From an uncultured Chlamydiae bacterium (GTDB taxonomy: Bacteria > Chlamydiota > Chlamydiia > Chlamydiales > SM23-39), in contig CAWHDP010000002.1 of assembly GCA_963828125.1 (NCBI GenBank), positions 768,539 through 832,538 of the forward strand: a stretch of 64,000 nt of DNA. The letters are read 5' to 3'. Positions 45,885-55,209 of this stretch are shown piece by piece. Numbering within the stretch: position 1 is the stretch's first letter; every line of letters begins with the position of its first letter. Under the pieces are notes generated by a model that did not search any database, was not told the DNA's origin, and saw nothing but the letters and a program-made list of their open reading frames with translations. Made by a program: the position numbers and the translations under genes.

Positions 45885-47279
45885 TTACAGAATTTCTGCT
45901 GCGATTGAGGCAAGCTCGGAACGCTCGGTCCTCTCTAAAAACATATGTCCGTAGATCCGGTGATTTTTAAACCGATTCACCACATAAGTGAGCCCATTGG
46001 AATCTTTGTCGAGATAGGGATTGTCGATCTGGGTGGCGTCTCCCGTCAAGATCACTTTCGTCCCCTTGCCAGCGCGCGAAATGATCGTCTTGACTTCGTG
46101 AGGAGTCAAGTTTTGAGCCTCGTCGATGATCATATACATCTTAGGGAGCGAACGGCCGCGAATGTAGGTCACCGCCTCCATCTCGATTTTTTTACTCTCC
46201 ATAATAAATTCGAGAGTCGCCGCTCCATTCCCCTCTCCGCTCGTCGTAGAGCAAAGGAACTCCAAATTGTCATAAATCGGCTGCATCCAATGGTAAAGCT
46301 TCTCCTCCTTCGTCCCAGGAAGATACCCGATATCCTTCCCCATCGGCACAATCGGCCGCGAGATCAAAATCCGCGCATAGGTATTCTCGTCGAATACCTT
46401 CCTCATGCCGCATGCGAGCGCCATCAACGTTTTGCCTGTACCCGCAGGGCCGATGAGCGTCACCAGCTGAATATCGTCCCGAAGAAGGAGATCGATCGCA
46501 CACCGCTGCTCGACGTTGAGCGGCTGGATCCCCCAAATATCTCGCGAAATGGGCAAAAGCGGCTCGAATTTCTTCGCCCTATCGCTATATTTGCAGACCG
46601 CCGAAGAATTCTCAGGCGAGGAGAGAAAAGCATACTCGTTCGGGCGAAAATTTTTCTCCGCCACAGAAACCGTCCCCTCTTTGTAAAAAAGATCGATATC
46701 CCTCTTCTGGACCTCGATTTTCCGAAATCCCCTGTACATCCCCTCGTAAGAGGCCTTCAGGTTTTCATAGTCCTCCGATTCGAGATCCATCGCCTCAGCC
46801 TTCACCCGAGTGACGAAATCCTTCGACACAATCACCACCGATTCCCCCCGCGACTTCAAAAGATACGCCACAAGGAGAAATTTGTTGCTATTGCGGTCGA
46901 GCGGCAAAGGAAAACCCTCCACCCGCTCCGGTTTGGCGTCTAAATGGATCCTCACCTTCGGCCCTTGAGGAATCACTACCCCGGTATGGAGATCGCCGAT
47001 CTTTTCAGCCTTCAGTGAATCTATATACCGAATTACTTCCCGAGAGTTCTTCCCCGCCTCATCCGAATATCGCTTCAAACTATCCAATTCTTCAAGCACC
47101 GAAAGGGGGATCACCACATCGTTGTCTTGAAATTTTTGGATCGCATTTGGATCGTGAATCAACACATTGGTATCTATCACAAAAGTTTTTCTAGACACTT
47201 TTTTCCTCTCAGAGAGATTTTTTTCATTGTTTCGGTTCGACAGATGAGCCGCTATCATCAGACACCTCTTATGCACCAA
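45885..47279 (-). CDS. PhoH-like ATPase with N-terminal PIN domain (PhoH2/YlaK type)
   Basis: PIN: FVIDTNVLIHDP....VVIPLSVLEELD. Walker A: GPAGTGKT. PhoH C-terminal motifs. The true start may be an internal Met. Confidence 0.85.
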   Translation of the reverse strand: MVHKRCLMIAAHLSNRNNEKNLSERKKVSRKTFVIDTNVLIHDPNAIQKFQDNDVVIPLSVLEELDSLKRYSDEAGKNSREVIRYIDSLKAEKIGDLHTGVVIPQGPKVRIHLDAKPERVEGFPLPLDRNSNKFLLVAYLLKSRGESVVIVSKDFVTRVKAEAMDLESEDYENLKASYEGMYRGFRKIEVQKRDIDLFYKEGTVSVAEKNFRPNEYAFLSSPENSSAVCKYSDRAKKFEPLLPISRDIWGIQPLNVEQRCAIDLLLRDDIQLVTLIGPAGTGKTLMALACGMRKVFDENTYARILISRPIVPMGKDIGYLPGTKEEKLYHWMQPIYDNLEFLCSTTSGEGNGAATLEFIMESKKIEMEAVTYIRGRSLPKMYMIIDEAQNLTPHEVKTIISRAGKGTKVILTGDATQIDNPYLDKDSNGLTYVVNRFKNHRIYGHMFLERTERSELASIAAEIL

Positions 47280-47450
47280 AATTTTACCTTATAGGACTTC
47301 TGCCCTGCGAAAGCAAGAATTTATTGTATCATATTGATTGTTAGGTTGTTACAAAATATTTCAAGCAGACAAATGCAACGAGTGCTAAATTATAGGTTGA
47401 CTTTGAGGGGAGATTCGGGTACAATAGGGGTAAAAAAGAGTGGTTTATTC

Positions 47451-48116
47451 ATGAAAATAACATCCCGTATACTCAGCATACCGCCCTATCTATCCACCAC
47501 GTGGAAAAACATATCTTCGCTCTACGTCAATGCAGAAGAGGATCGTTTGACCCTCGTTGTGCGCCTCCAAAATCAGATTCAGGTAGAGGTTCCAGGTTTA
47601 AGCAAAGAGCTGATCCATGAAATTTTTGAAGCCCATAGCAAATCAGCCGAAGAAGAGACGGAGTGGAAAAATCCCCTGGAAGGTCCATTTAGCTTCACCG
47701 TCCCTGTTAAATCGGATGGGAGCTTCGATCCGTTAGTCACATCGATGCAACACAATCCAGAACAAGCGGATCTCGCCCCTATTCCACCCGATGTTTTGAA
47801 AAGACTGACAATGATTGCCCGGGTATTTGGGCTCGAGGATACCTCCACTCTGCCAAAGCCGGAGCCTGGCTGCCATTGCGTCTATTGTCAAATCACTAGG
47901 GCCTTTGCAGGAGGAGATGCAGCGCCCATTGAAGAAATCACGCACGAGGATTTAACATTTCGCGACTGGGAAATCCAGGAAGCGGGCCATCAACTCTATA
48001 ACGTCACCAATCCGCTCGACGCCAATGAACGCTATAGCGTCTTTTTAGGGACCCCTTTGGGATGCACTTGCGGCAGCAAAAACTGCGAGCATATCCGCGC
48101 TGTTTTGCAAACCTAA
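47451..48116 (+). CDS. SWIM zinc-finger domain protein
   Basis: C-terminal CTCGSKNCEHIRAV fits the SWIM pattern CxCxnCxH. An additional CHCVYC is present. The start MKITSRIL at 47451 was chosen over the longer track ORF. Confidence 0.55.
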   Translation: MKITSRILSIPPYLSTTWKNISSLYVNAEEDRLTLVVRLQNQIQVEVPGLSKELIHEIFEAHSKSAEEETEWKNPLEGPFSFTVPVKSDGSFDPLVTSMQHNPEQADLAPIPPDVLKRLTMIARVFGLEDTSTLPKPEPGCHCVYCQITRAFAGGDAAPIEEITHEDLTFRDWEIQEAGHQLYNVTNPLDANERYSVFLGTPLGCTCGSKNCEHIRAVLQT

Positions 48117-48188
48117 TGTAAAAATTCTTGGCCTTTAAACACTCTAACGCATACCATTACTTTCAAGTCTGTTGTTTGGAGTTTTGTT

Positions 48189-49385
48189 ATGCTGTCCCGT
48201 CTTGTTTTTTCTTTCCTCTCAGTGAGCGCTCTCGCGATAGCCGCCCCCGCGGAGCCAAAAACCCATTCCGTTCCAGCCAAAAAAGTGGAGAGCTTTAAGC
48301 CTTTCACTGGGAAATTGGTCGCGAATAAAGTGAGGATCCGAGCTAAACCCGATCTCGAAAGCCCGATCATCCGTCAGATGGGCAAGAACGACCTGCTCCT
48401 CATCATCGCTGAAGAGGGCGATTTCTATGCCGTCGAACCGCTCAAAGACACCAAAGCCTACGTCTTTAGAAGCTACATCCTCGACGATGTAGTCGAAGCG
48501 AACCGGGTCAACGTCCGGCTCGAACCCCACGTCGACGCTCCGATCATCGCTCAACTCCAAGCTGGCGACAAAGTACATGGGGCCGTTTGTTCCATGAACC
48601 ACAAATGGCTCGAGATCGCGCCGCCCAAGGGGACGAAATTTTATGTGGCCAAGGAATTCGTAGCGCATGCGGGAGGGCCTGAATATTTAGCCAATATGGA
48701 GAAGAGAAAAACTCAGGTAGAGGAACTCCTCACCTCAGCCTATCTCAATGCTGAGACCGAGTGTAAAAAGGATTATGAGGAGATGGCGCCTCAGCATGCG
48801 ACAGATCAATTCCAGACCATTTTGCGCAATTTTGCCGACTTCCCTGAAGCGACCCAGCAAGCGAAAGAGGGGCTAGCCCTTTTGAAAGAGACCTATTTGA
48901 ATAAGAAAATTGAATATTTGGAGTCCAAAGCGGAACTCACATCGACTGTGAAAGAGGAGTTGATCGCCAAACACAAAGCCGAGAGTTCGGAGCTGTTTAC
49001 AAACGGAACTGTAAAAATCGATCCATCGCTCTGGAATAAGCGGAATCAGAAACAGGAAAATTTCGGTTTTTGGGATACATTGGAAGAGTCCCTTTTTTTA
49101 AGCTGGACGGCCTTCCACTCCGGCAAAACATTCGATGATTATTACACCGAGCAAAAGGCAAACGCCTCTGTCCTCACCGGCACGATCGAGAAATATACCG
49201 TAGACGTCCGAAATCGCCCCGGAGACTATATTTTGCGCGGAGCTGAAGATGCGCCCGTCGCCTATCTGTATAGCACGCAGGTCGATCTCGAGTCATTCAC
49301 AGGGAAGACGGTGACCCTACTTGCCGCCCCGCGGCCCAATAACCACTTCGCCTTCCCCGCCTACTTCGTCTTTAGCGTGGAGTAG
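48189..49385 (+). CDS. Exported protein with two bacterial SH3 (SH3b) domains and a coiled-coil C-terminal half
   Basis: Signal peptide. Repeated pattern: V....VRIRAKPDLESPIIRQM.KND.L.I.....DFY.V and V.A.RVNVRLEP...API.AQLQAGDKV.....WLEI. Confidence 0.65.
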   Translation: MLSRLVFSFLSVSALAIAAPAEPKTHSVPAKKVESFKPFTGKLVANKVRIRAKPDLESPIIRQMGKNDLLLIIAEEGDFYAVEPLKDTKAYVFRSYILDDVVEANRVNVRLEPHVDAPIIAQLQAGDKVHGAVCSMNHKWLEIAPPKGTKFYVAKEFVAHAGGPEYLANMEKRKTQVEELLTSAYLNAETECKKDYEEMAPQHATDQFQTILRNFADFPEATQQAKEGLALLKETYLNKKIEYLESKAELTSTVKEELIAKHKAESSELFTNGTVKIDPSLWNKRNQKQENFGFWDTLEESLFLSWTAFHSGKTFDDYYTEQKANASVLTGTIEKYTVDVRNRPGDYILRGAEDAPVAYLYSTQVDLESFTGKTVTLLAAPRPNNHFAFPAYFVFSVE

Positions 49386-49386
49386 C

Positions 49387-50160
49387 GTGGAGCTTCGCGA
49401 TTGGGCGATCCGCATCCTGACAGCCGATACGCTGGAAGAGAAGCTTCTTTGCCCTGAGATTTTAACAGACGAGCGCCCAGGGGAGCCGGTTTGGTTTAAT
49501 GAACCGGTGAGGCCCGCCCACATGGGGTTTCACAAACGGACGAAAGAGCAAAAACTCCCCCCCTTTCAAAGCCACGGCAAAGAGGAAAATCGGGCCGTTT
49601 GCCTGCATCGGTTTGCCGGTCACGAGCTCCTCGCCGTCGAAATCATGGCCCATGCCCTCACCGCCTTCCCCAACGCCCCGAAAGCGTTCCGCAAAGGGGT
49701 CGCCCACACGCTCAAAGAGGAGCAGGGCCACGTAAAGATGTATATAGAGAGGATGACTGGAATGGGGCTCCGATTTGGCGACTTACCCCTTTTCAAACAC
49801 TTCTGGAACCACGTCCCCACCCTCACCTCCCCGATCCGCTACATCAGCGCCATGAGTCTGACCTTCGAGATGGCCAATCTCGATTTCGCCCCCCTGTATG
49901 GGAGATCGTTCGGAGCCTTTGGCGACGAGGCGAGCTCTCAGCTCATGGCCCAAATCCTGAAAGATGAGATCAACCACGTCTCCTTCGGCTATCGATGGCT
50001 CCATCAATTCAAAGGGGATGTGCCCGCGTGGGACGCCTGGCTTGCCAATTTAAGTCCAAAAATAGGGCCCCGAAGGGCCAAAGGGTTTGTCGTGATGGAG
50101 GAGAATCGGCGGCAGGCAGGCATCCCCGATGAGTGGATCGAGAAGATCAAGCAATTTTAA
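49387..50160 (+). CDS. DUF455-family ferritin-like protein
   Basis: FAGHELLAVEIMAHAL..FP.AP.AFR.G......EE..HV..Y and DEINHV are di-iron-type helix motifs. GTG 49387 was chosen because upstream codons overlap the preceding gene. Confidence 0.6.
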   Translation: MELRDWAIRILTADTLEEKLLCPEILTDERPGEPVWFNEPVRPAHMGFHKRTKEQKLPPFQSHGKEENRAVCLHRFAGHELLAVEIMAHALTAFPNAPKAFRKGVAHTLKEEQGHVKMYIERMTGMGLRFGDLPLFKHFWNHVPTLTSPIRYISAMSLTFEMANLDFAPLYGRSFGAFGDEASSQLMAQILKDEINHVSFGYRWLHQFKGDVPAWDAWLANLSPKIGPRRAKGFVVMEENRRQAGIPDEWIEKIKQF

Positions 50161-50269
50161 AAAATGTCCAGATGGGGAAGCCAGTGTTCGACGAAGCAAT
50201 CGAAGATTTTCCGGTGATATCTACTCTTTTCGAGAAACCACGACTTAGAAGGCGCACATCCTCTCCAAC

Positions 50270-51061
50270 CTAAATCACACCCTGCAATAGCAAATGACGC
50301 ATAGCTATTCCTTTTATCGAAGAGATTATGCCTGCGAGTGCATTCTGGATTTGTGAAGTGAGCGGGCTGTTTGCCGCAGATAGTACAGCAACTCTTCCTT
50401 GCAACCCTCGTGGCTCATTAAATTGTGGGGCTAATAATCTTCCAAGGGCGGTAATACATCTGTGGGCGAACAGAGAAACTCTTGTCCGGCAAGAAAGATT
50501 TCGATACTTTCTTTCATATTGAGGTACGTCTACTTTATGATAAAGGTCTAGGGCTTCTTGATATTGTTTGTTTGCTTCTTCTATTTTCTTTTGATGCTTT
50601 GCTAGTAATTCTGGCTGTTTTTGGAGGAAGAAGTCGCGTATCTTTTCATTAATTTTTTCCTTTAGCTCTAGAACAGGTACCAAATCAGCTGTCGTCATTG
50701 GTTTCCTTGTTAAAGGAGAAGTGGGGTGATCTTTCAACCATAGAAGGATATTTGCTCGTTCATAAATATGCTTCGGTTCATTCTTATCAGCAACTGGATC
50801 AAGTATGGGCTCATAGAAAATTGGGTCTATATGCGCTTGGAATAAAGCGTCTTGATGAAGTTCTTCAGGGACAGCACCTATCTCTGCTGCTTGTGGAAGA
50901 GAAAAACGATCGACAGAAGGTGGAGAAGGCGGGATGGGTCTTTCTGGGATAGAAACCCTAACAATGGTATACCTGCTTTGTGGATCATCAGATAATTGAA
51001 TGAGTAGCGGATTAAAATAATGAGAATAACCCGAGAAAGAGCTTGTTGCAGAAATGGACAT
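50270..51061 (-). CDS. U-box domain protein (eukaryote-like E3 ubiquitin ligase fold)
   Basis: FQAHIDPIFYEPILDPVADKNEPKHIYERANILLWLKDHPTSPLTRKPMTTADLVPVLELKEKI aligns with the U-box consensus (F.CPI..E.M.DPV....GHTYER..I..WL.....CP.T...L....L.PN..LK..I). Its Cys positions are replaced, as in U-boxes that lack zinc. Confidence 0.7.
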   Translation of the reverse strand: MSISATSSFSGYSHYFNPLLIQLSDDPQSRYTIVRVSIPERPIPPSPPSVDRFSLPQAAEIGAVPEELHQDALFQAHIDPIFYEPILDPVADKNEPKHIYERANILLWLKDHPTSPLTRKPMTTADLVPVLELKEKINEKIRDFFLQKQPELLAKHQKKIEEANKQYQEALDLYHKVDVPQYERKYRNLSCRTRVSLFAHRCITALGRLLAPQFNEPRGLQGRVAVLSAANSPLTSQIQNALAGIISSIKGIAMRHLLLQGVI

Positions 51062-51148
51062 TTTACCCTCTAAAACAACAGATTTTTAAATAAAACTTTG
51101 CACGAATTTTAACATGCAAGCCTATTTGAGGCAATATATATAATTTTT

Positions 51149-51189
51149 CTGTAAAAGTTCAGTCCCCTTCGGGGACTGAACTTTTACAG
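51149..51189. repeat. Perfect 19-bp-stem palindrome downstream of rmuC; a degenerate relative lies at 45851-45885
   Basis: ctgtaaaagttcagtcccc-ttc-ggggactgaacttttacag. The core gtaaaagttcag also occurs at 45855, and as gtaaaagtttcag at 52335. Confidence 0.9.
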
Positions 51190-51244
51190 ATGTTTAGATA
51201 TAGACTGCGGCCAATCACTTGGAATTTGGCCAATTCAAGAAAGA

Positions 51245-52294
51245 TTAAACAATGTTGATTTCGCGGGCCGACTTTTCAATCGGCTCGATGGGCGGCAGCT
51301 CTTTCAAGAGCGAGCCGCTCTCTTTTAGTTTCCGTGCGCTGATCAACACTCTCGATTCTAAAGAAGCGACCCCCTGATTGTACGACTCGACGGCTGTATT
51401 TAGGGATCTACCTACCTTGTTCCAATATTCCGTAAGGATCCCGATCCGCTCATAGAGCTCTCCGCCCAACCGGGCGATCTCCCGCGCACTTTTTGAGAGA
51501 CTCTCCTGCTTCCAGCCATGCGCCACCGCTCGCAAAATCGCGATCAGCGTCGTCGGCGTCGCTATGATGATATTCTGATCAGCGCCAACTTCGATTAAAG
51601 AGGGGTCGGCCTGCAGAGCGGCGCTAAAAAAGGCCTCAGCGGGCAAAAATAAAATGACATACTCCGGCGCCGGGTCGAGTTGCTTCCAATATTCCTTAGC
51701 AGACAACTCCTTAATGTGTTTTCGCACTAAAACCGCATGCTCCATGAGCTTGAGTTTTCGCGTCTCGTCATCTTGTAGATCGGCCGCCTCCAAATAGGCC
51801 CCCAGCGGCGCCTTTGCATCGACCGCAATCTGCCTTTGACCAGGCAATCGGACGATCAAATCGGGGCGGAGCAGCCTCCCTTGCCCTTCAAACGTCTTTT
51901 GCTCATAGAAATCGCAATGGTTGATCAACCCCGCGAGCTCGACAACCCGCCTCAAATGAACCTCGCCCCAAGAACCCCTTGTTTGCGGAGATTTAAAAGC
52001 TTGGACTAATCGAGCCGTCTCGATCCTCAACTCTTTTTCAGAGAGAACTAGCCCCTCGATTTGCTTCGAGAGCGCCCCATAGGCCCCCTCACGCCTCTTT
52101 TCGAGCTCTCGCTGATGTTCATTGAGCCGATTCATCGACTCCTTCAGCGGTTGCAAAGTCGCATCGGCTAAATTCATGAATTGCTTGCCGTTTTTCTCCA
52201 ACGCATCGAACGACATCGCTTTGAATTCATTCTTCATCCAAAGCCAAAGGGCCGCAAAGCCGCCGATTAAAACCAACACAACGAGGATAAGCAT
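51245..52294 (-). CDS. rmuC: DNA recombination protein RmuC
   Basis: N-terminal TM helix, long coiled coil, and a conserved RmuC C-terminal nuclease-like region (RPD.IV.LP......VD.K.PL.AY, EYVI.FLP.E). Confidence 0.85.
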   Translation of the reverse strand: MLILVVLVLIGGFAALWLWMKNEFKAMSFDALEKNGKQFMNLADATLQPLKESMNRLNEHQRELEKRREGAYGALSKQIEGLVLSEKELRIETARLVQAFKSPQTRGSWGEVHLRRVVELAGLINHCDFYEQKTFEGQGRLLRPDLIVRLPGQRQIAVDAKAPLGAYLEAADLQDDETRKLKLMEHAVLVRKHIKELSAKEYWKQLDPAPEYVILFLPAEAFFSAALQADPSLIEVGADQNIIIATPTTLIAILRAVAHGWKQESLSKSAREIARLGGELYERIGILTEYWNKVGRSLNTAVESYNQGVASLESRVLISARKLKESGSLLKELPPIEPIEKSAREINIV

Positions 52295-52358
52295 GCGAGC
52301 AGCTTAGCAAAAAAATAAATAAACGGCCAATGTCCGTAAAAGTTTCAGGTCAACTCAT

Positions 52359-52399
52359 TTCCCGATGAAGAATTTTCGCCTCGAAAATTCTTCATCGGG
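52359..52399 (-). terminator. Perfect 19-bp-stem hairpin 7 nt downstream of the 52406-54109 gene (possible terminator, no U-tract)
   Basis: tcccgatgaagaattttcg-cct-cgaaaattcttcatcggga. Confidence 0.45.
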
Positions 52400-52405
52400 A
52401 ATGGC

Positions 52406-54109
52406 TCATTCAGACGACCGAAAGCCGTACTGCACTATATGAGTTAGAAAAAGGGCAAATACAGCCGCAATGATTACCGCCTTAAGCCGTCTATCCTCAT
52501 TGTTATTTCCAGGATTGAGCTCTTCTAAATCGAACACTTCCGGCGGCTCTATCGTCTCGTCTACGAATGGGAGATCTTGCGGCTCGATCGATGACCTGTT
52601 GGAATGGTGGATCTGCGGGCTTGAACTCCTCCCTTGAACCCTCATTTCTTTTTCGTCCATTGGTAATTTTTGTTCTTTTACCTCTCTCTCTTTCACTTCT
52701 TGGCCTGAGAAACGATGCCTGATTTCCTCACGTAGTCTCTTGATGAGTGCTTGCAGGGCCGCCGGCTGTAAATTGAGATAGAAGGTGCACGTATTTGGGA
52801 GGGTAAATTTTCCACTGTTCCTCCCCTCCATAGGTCTTCTGAATCTTTCCGGCACTGCTTGACGAAGCCTTTCTCTTTCAGGATCATGCGGCGAACGATA
52901 AGGATGAAGCTCTATCGTCGGTGGGTCTGGGAATCTTGCGCACGCTTCACTGTAAACTACATGGTAAAGTAACCAATCCAGAGCATATTCAAGAATCTCT
53001 TTACTTGGTTGTGAATAAAGCAGTAACGCATCAAAAGCTTCGACAGCACTTGACCGAAATGCCGTGAAAATCGCATTTTGCAATCCATCTGAGGGGCTAG
53101 CGTTACCCTCATTGAGTCCTGCACTCGGATTGCAGGCAGTTGAAAGCGTTAATTGTGGCTGCGCTTTCAAAACAAGCTTGACCATATCGACGCTGTTCAT
53201 CTCCATTGCGTCCGTTAACGCATTGTCCCCGTTAAATTTTCGTCCGAGTTGAATAAGAAAGTTGGCCATTTTTATATCGCCTCTTCTTACTGCTGCCGAA
53301 AAGGCATTTTTTAACGTATCTTGATTTGTTTGAAAATCATAAAATATCTCGCCCTTCGCGCCTTGTAGATCCCTCGCGCCTAGCGGGACGTACAGAAATT
53401 GGAGTAATTCGAGAGGTCCATTGACCGCAGCTCGCACAAATCCTTCTGCTGCTGTGTGAGGGTTAACAAGTCGTCCTGATTTTCGGCATAAAAACACAAG
53501 ATTTTGATCATTAGCTCTGACTGCATCATAATAAATCTGAGCATACGTCGTGTTTCGAGCAGCTTCGATGAATGTGCTTACATCCTCATTCCTTGGATCT
53601 ATCCGTAGCAGCCTAGCTAAACCATTTAATCTTTGTTTGATTGTTTGGTCCGGTTTATTTAACTCTTTTGCCTGTTGCAGAAGAGCTATTTTTGAGTCTA
53701 CTGATGAGATGGCCTTCCAAAATTTCTTCCTGTATGCCTCCACTAGCCCTCCAAAGGCTTTAGATATGCATGGCAATTTATGCAATTCATCCGTTAAATA
53801 GCCTACCACCTTAGAATGCACCTCTTGGGGCCAATTCTGAATCGATGGTTGTGGCGGCAATAGGATCACTTGCCTTTCTTGGACTAGCGGGGGAGCCAAT
53901 GGATGGATGGCCGGAGGCATCAGGATTGGGAAATCGATATTAGGCTGTTCCCATAATACAACCCGTCTTTCTTCAAGCGGCGCTGATCCAGCCGCATCTC
54001 CGGATGGATCCTTTTTCTTGTCCTGTGCAACCGAGTCATTAGCCCTTCTACCGAGAGACATTGCATAGTATCTCAACAAGTTTGATTCTTCTTGAATAAT
54101 GGGATTCAT
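52406..54109 (-). CDS. Eukaryote-like protein: F-box-like segment + ankyrin-like repeats + C-terminal TM tail anchor
   Basis: WPQEVHSKVVGYLTDELHKLPCISKAFGGLV is F-box-like. Ankyrin-like units: GFVRAAVNGPLELLQFL...GA and NAFSAAVRRGDIKMANFLIQLG...NALTDAMEMNSVDMVKLVL. Terminal LKAVIIAAVFALFLTHIVQYGF. A+T-rich gene with a very A+T-rich upstream region. Confidence 0.6.
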   Translation of the reverse strand: MNPIIQEESNLLRYYAMSLGRRANDSVAQDKKKDPSGDAAGSAPLEERRVVLWEQPNIDFPILMPPAIHPLAPPLVQERQVILLPPQPSIQNWPQEVHSKVVGYLTDELHKLPCISKAFGGLVEAYRKKFWKAISSVDSKIALLQQAKELNKPDQTIKQRLNGLARLLRIDPRNEDVSTFIEAARNTTYAQIYYDAVRANDQNLVFLCRKSGRLVNPHTAAEGFVRAAVNGPLELLQFLYVPLGARDLQGAKGEIFYDFQTNQDTLKNAFSAAVRRGDIKMANFLIQLGRKFNGDNALTDAMEMNSVDMVKLVLKAQPQLTLSTACNPSAGLNEGNASPSDGLQNAIFTAFRSSAVEAFDALLLYSQPSKEILEYALDWLLYHVVYSEACARFPDPPTIELHPYRSPHDPERERLRQAVPERFRRPMEGRNSGKFTLPNTCTFYLNLQPAALQALIKRLREEIRHRFSGQEVKEREVKEQKLPMDEKEMRVQGRSSSPQIHHSNRSSIEPQDLPFVDETIEPPEVFDLEELNPGNNNEDRRLKAVIIAAVFALFLTHIVQYGFRSSE

Positions 54110-54250
54110 TTTTGACCTTTTTTTTACTTTCTACTATTAAATACAAAAAAAAATATATTATATATAAGTTTTAAATGAATTATACACAACAGATACATTT
54201 AAAAAAACATCAATCACAATAAAAAAATTAATTTCATTATAATAATAATT

Positions 54251-55100
54251 TTATTCCTTAAAGTGATCGAAGTCGTCTGGTTCCGGCTCAAAATCTTCGA
54301 GGGTCTTCGATTTCTTGCCGGCAATCAGCCGAATGACGGAGAGGACGAGCGCTAGGATCACATAGCTCCAGGAAAAGAGGGCGAGGATCTCAGCGAAAAA
54401 GTAGAGAATCCCGTAAAGGACGAAAACCGCCACGACAACCGCCAGAAAAGCGAGGTGGAAAGAGGGAATTTTTAAATGTAACATCTTGAGACTAGGGAAT
54501 TTAAGACGACAGACCATGAGATAGCCCAGGACGATCATGATCGAGGAGAGGGCAATCGCCCGGTCGCTGTTGGAAAACTCGATCCATTGGGTAAAGAGCG
54601 GCGAGAGGAAGAACAGGTTGGCCGAAATGGCGGCGGCGGCGGAGGCTGGGATGGGGAGCCCTGTGAAATTTTTCTTTTGCGCCGCTTGGAGCTCCAGGTT
54701 CCCCTTCGCCTCAGTGGCCTTAACATTGAACCGGACGAGGCGGAGGACGCCGCAGAGCGAATAGACCATCGCTCCGGTGGCGCCGAAAAAAAGAGAGGAA
54801 GCTCCCCGGTTCAAGGGTGAGAGTTTTCAGCATGAGGACCGCGGGGGCCACTCCAAAGGAGACCGCATCGGCCAGCGTATCGAACACAAATCCGAATTCG
54901 CTCTCGGCGTGGATCGCTCGGGCCAAAGCTCCGTCGATGAAGTCGGCGATCCCCGCAATGAGAAGAAGGATGACCGAGATCCTCACTACTTCATAATTCC
55001 CGCTGCCTGGCTCGACCATATTGATCTTAAAAATGACGAAAAGACCGCACGCCAAACTGAATGCCGTCACGATATTCGGAACTAAATACACGCGCTTCAT
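54251..55100 (-). CDS. pssA: CDP-diacylglycerol--serine O-phosphatidyltransferase (CDP-alcohol phosphatidyltransferase family), frame broken in a G4 run
   Basis: DFIDGALAR.......FG..FDTLADAV is the DG..AR...G...D...D motif. The second half (..SLFFGATGAMVYSLCGVLRLVRFN..) is in ORF 54251-54814. The frames join if the run at 54804-54807 is read one G shorter. Confidence 0.85.
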
Positions 55101-55209
55101 GACCCAATCATACACCATCGCCTCTTCACAATCAAAAATATTCTTTTTCAAAAAAACTCTCTCCAGTTAACATGGTCTCCTTGAAAAACCCTTTAAAGGA
55201 GAATCCCTT

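Noticed and set aside
45945-46943. 332-aa plus-strand ORF inside the PhoH2 gene
   Set aside because: It is antisense to a gene with clear PIN and Walker A motifs. Its product is Arg/His/Pro-rich with no motifs.
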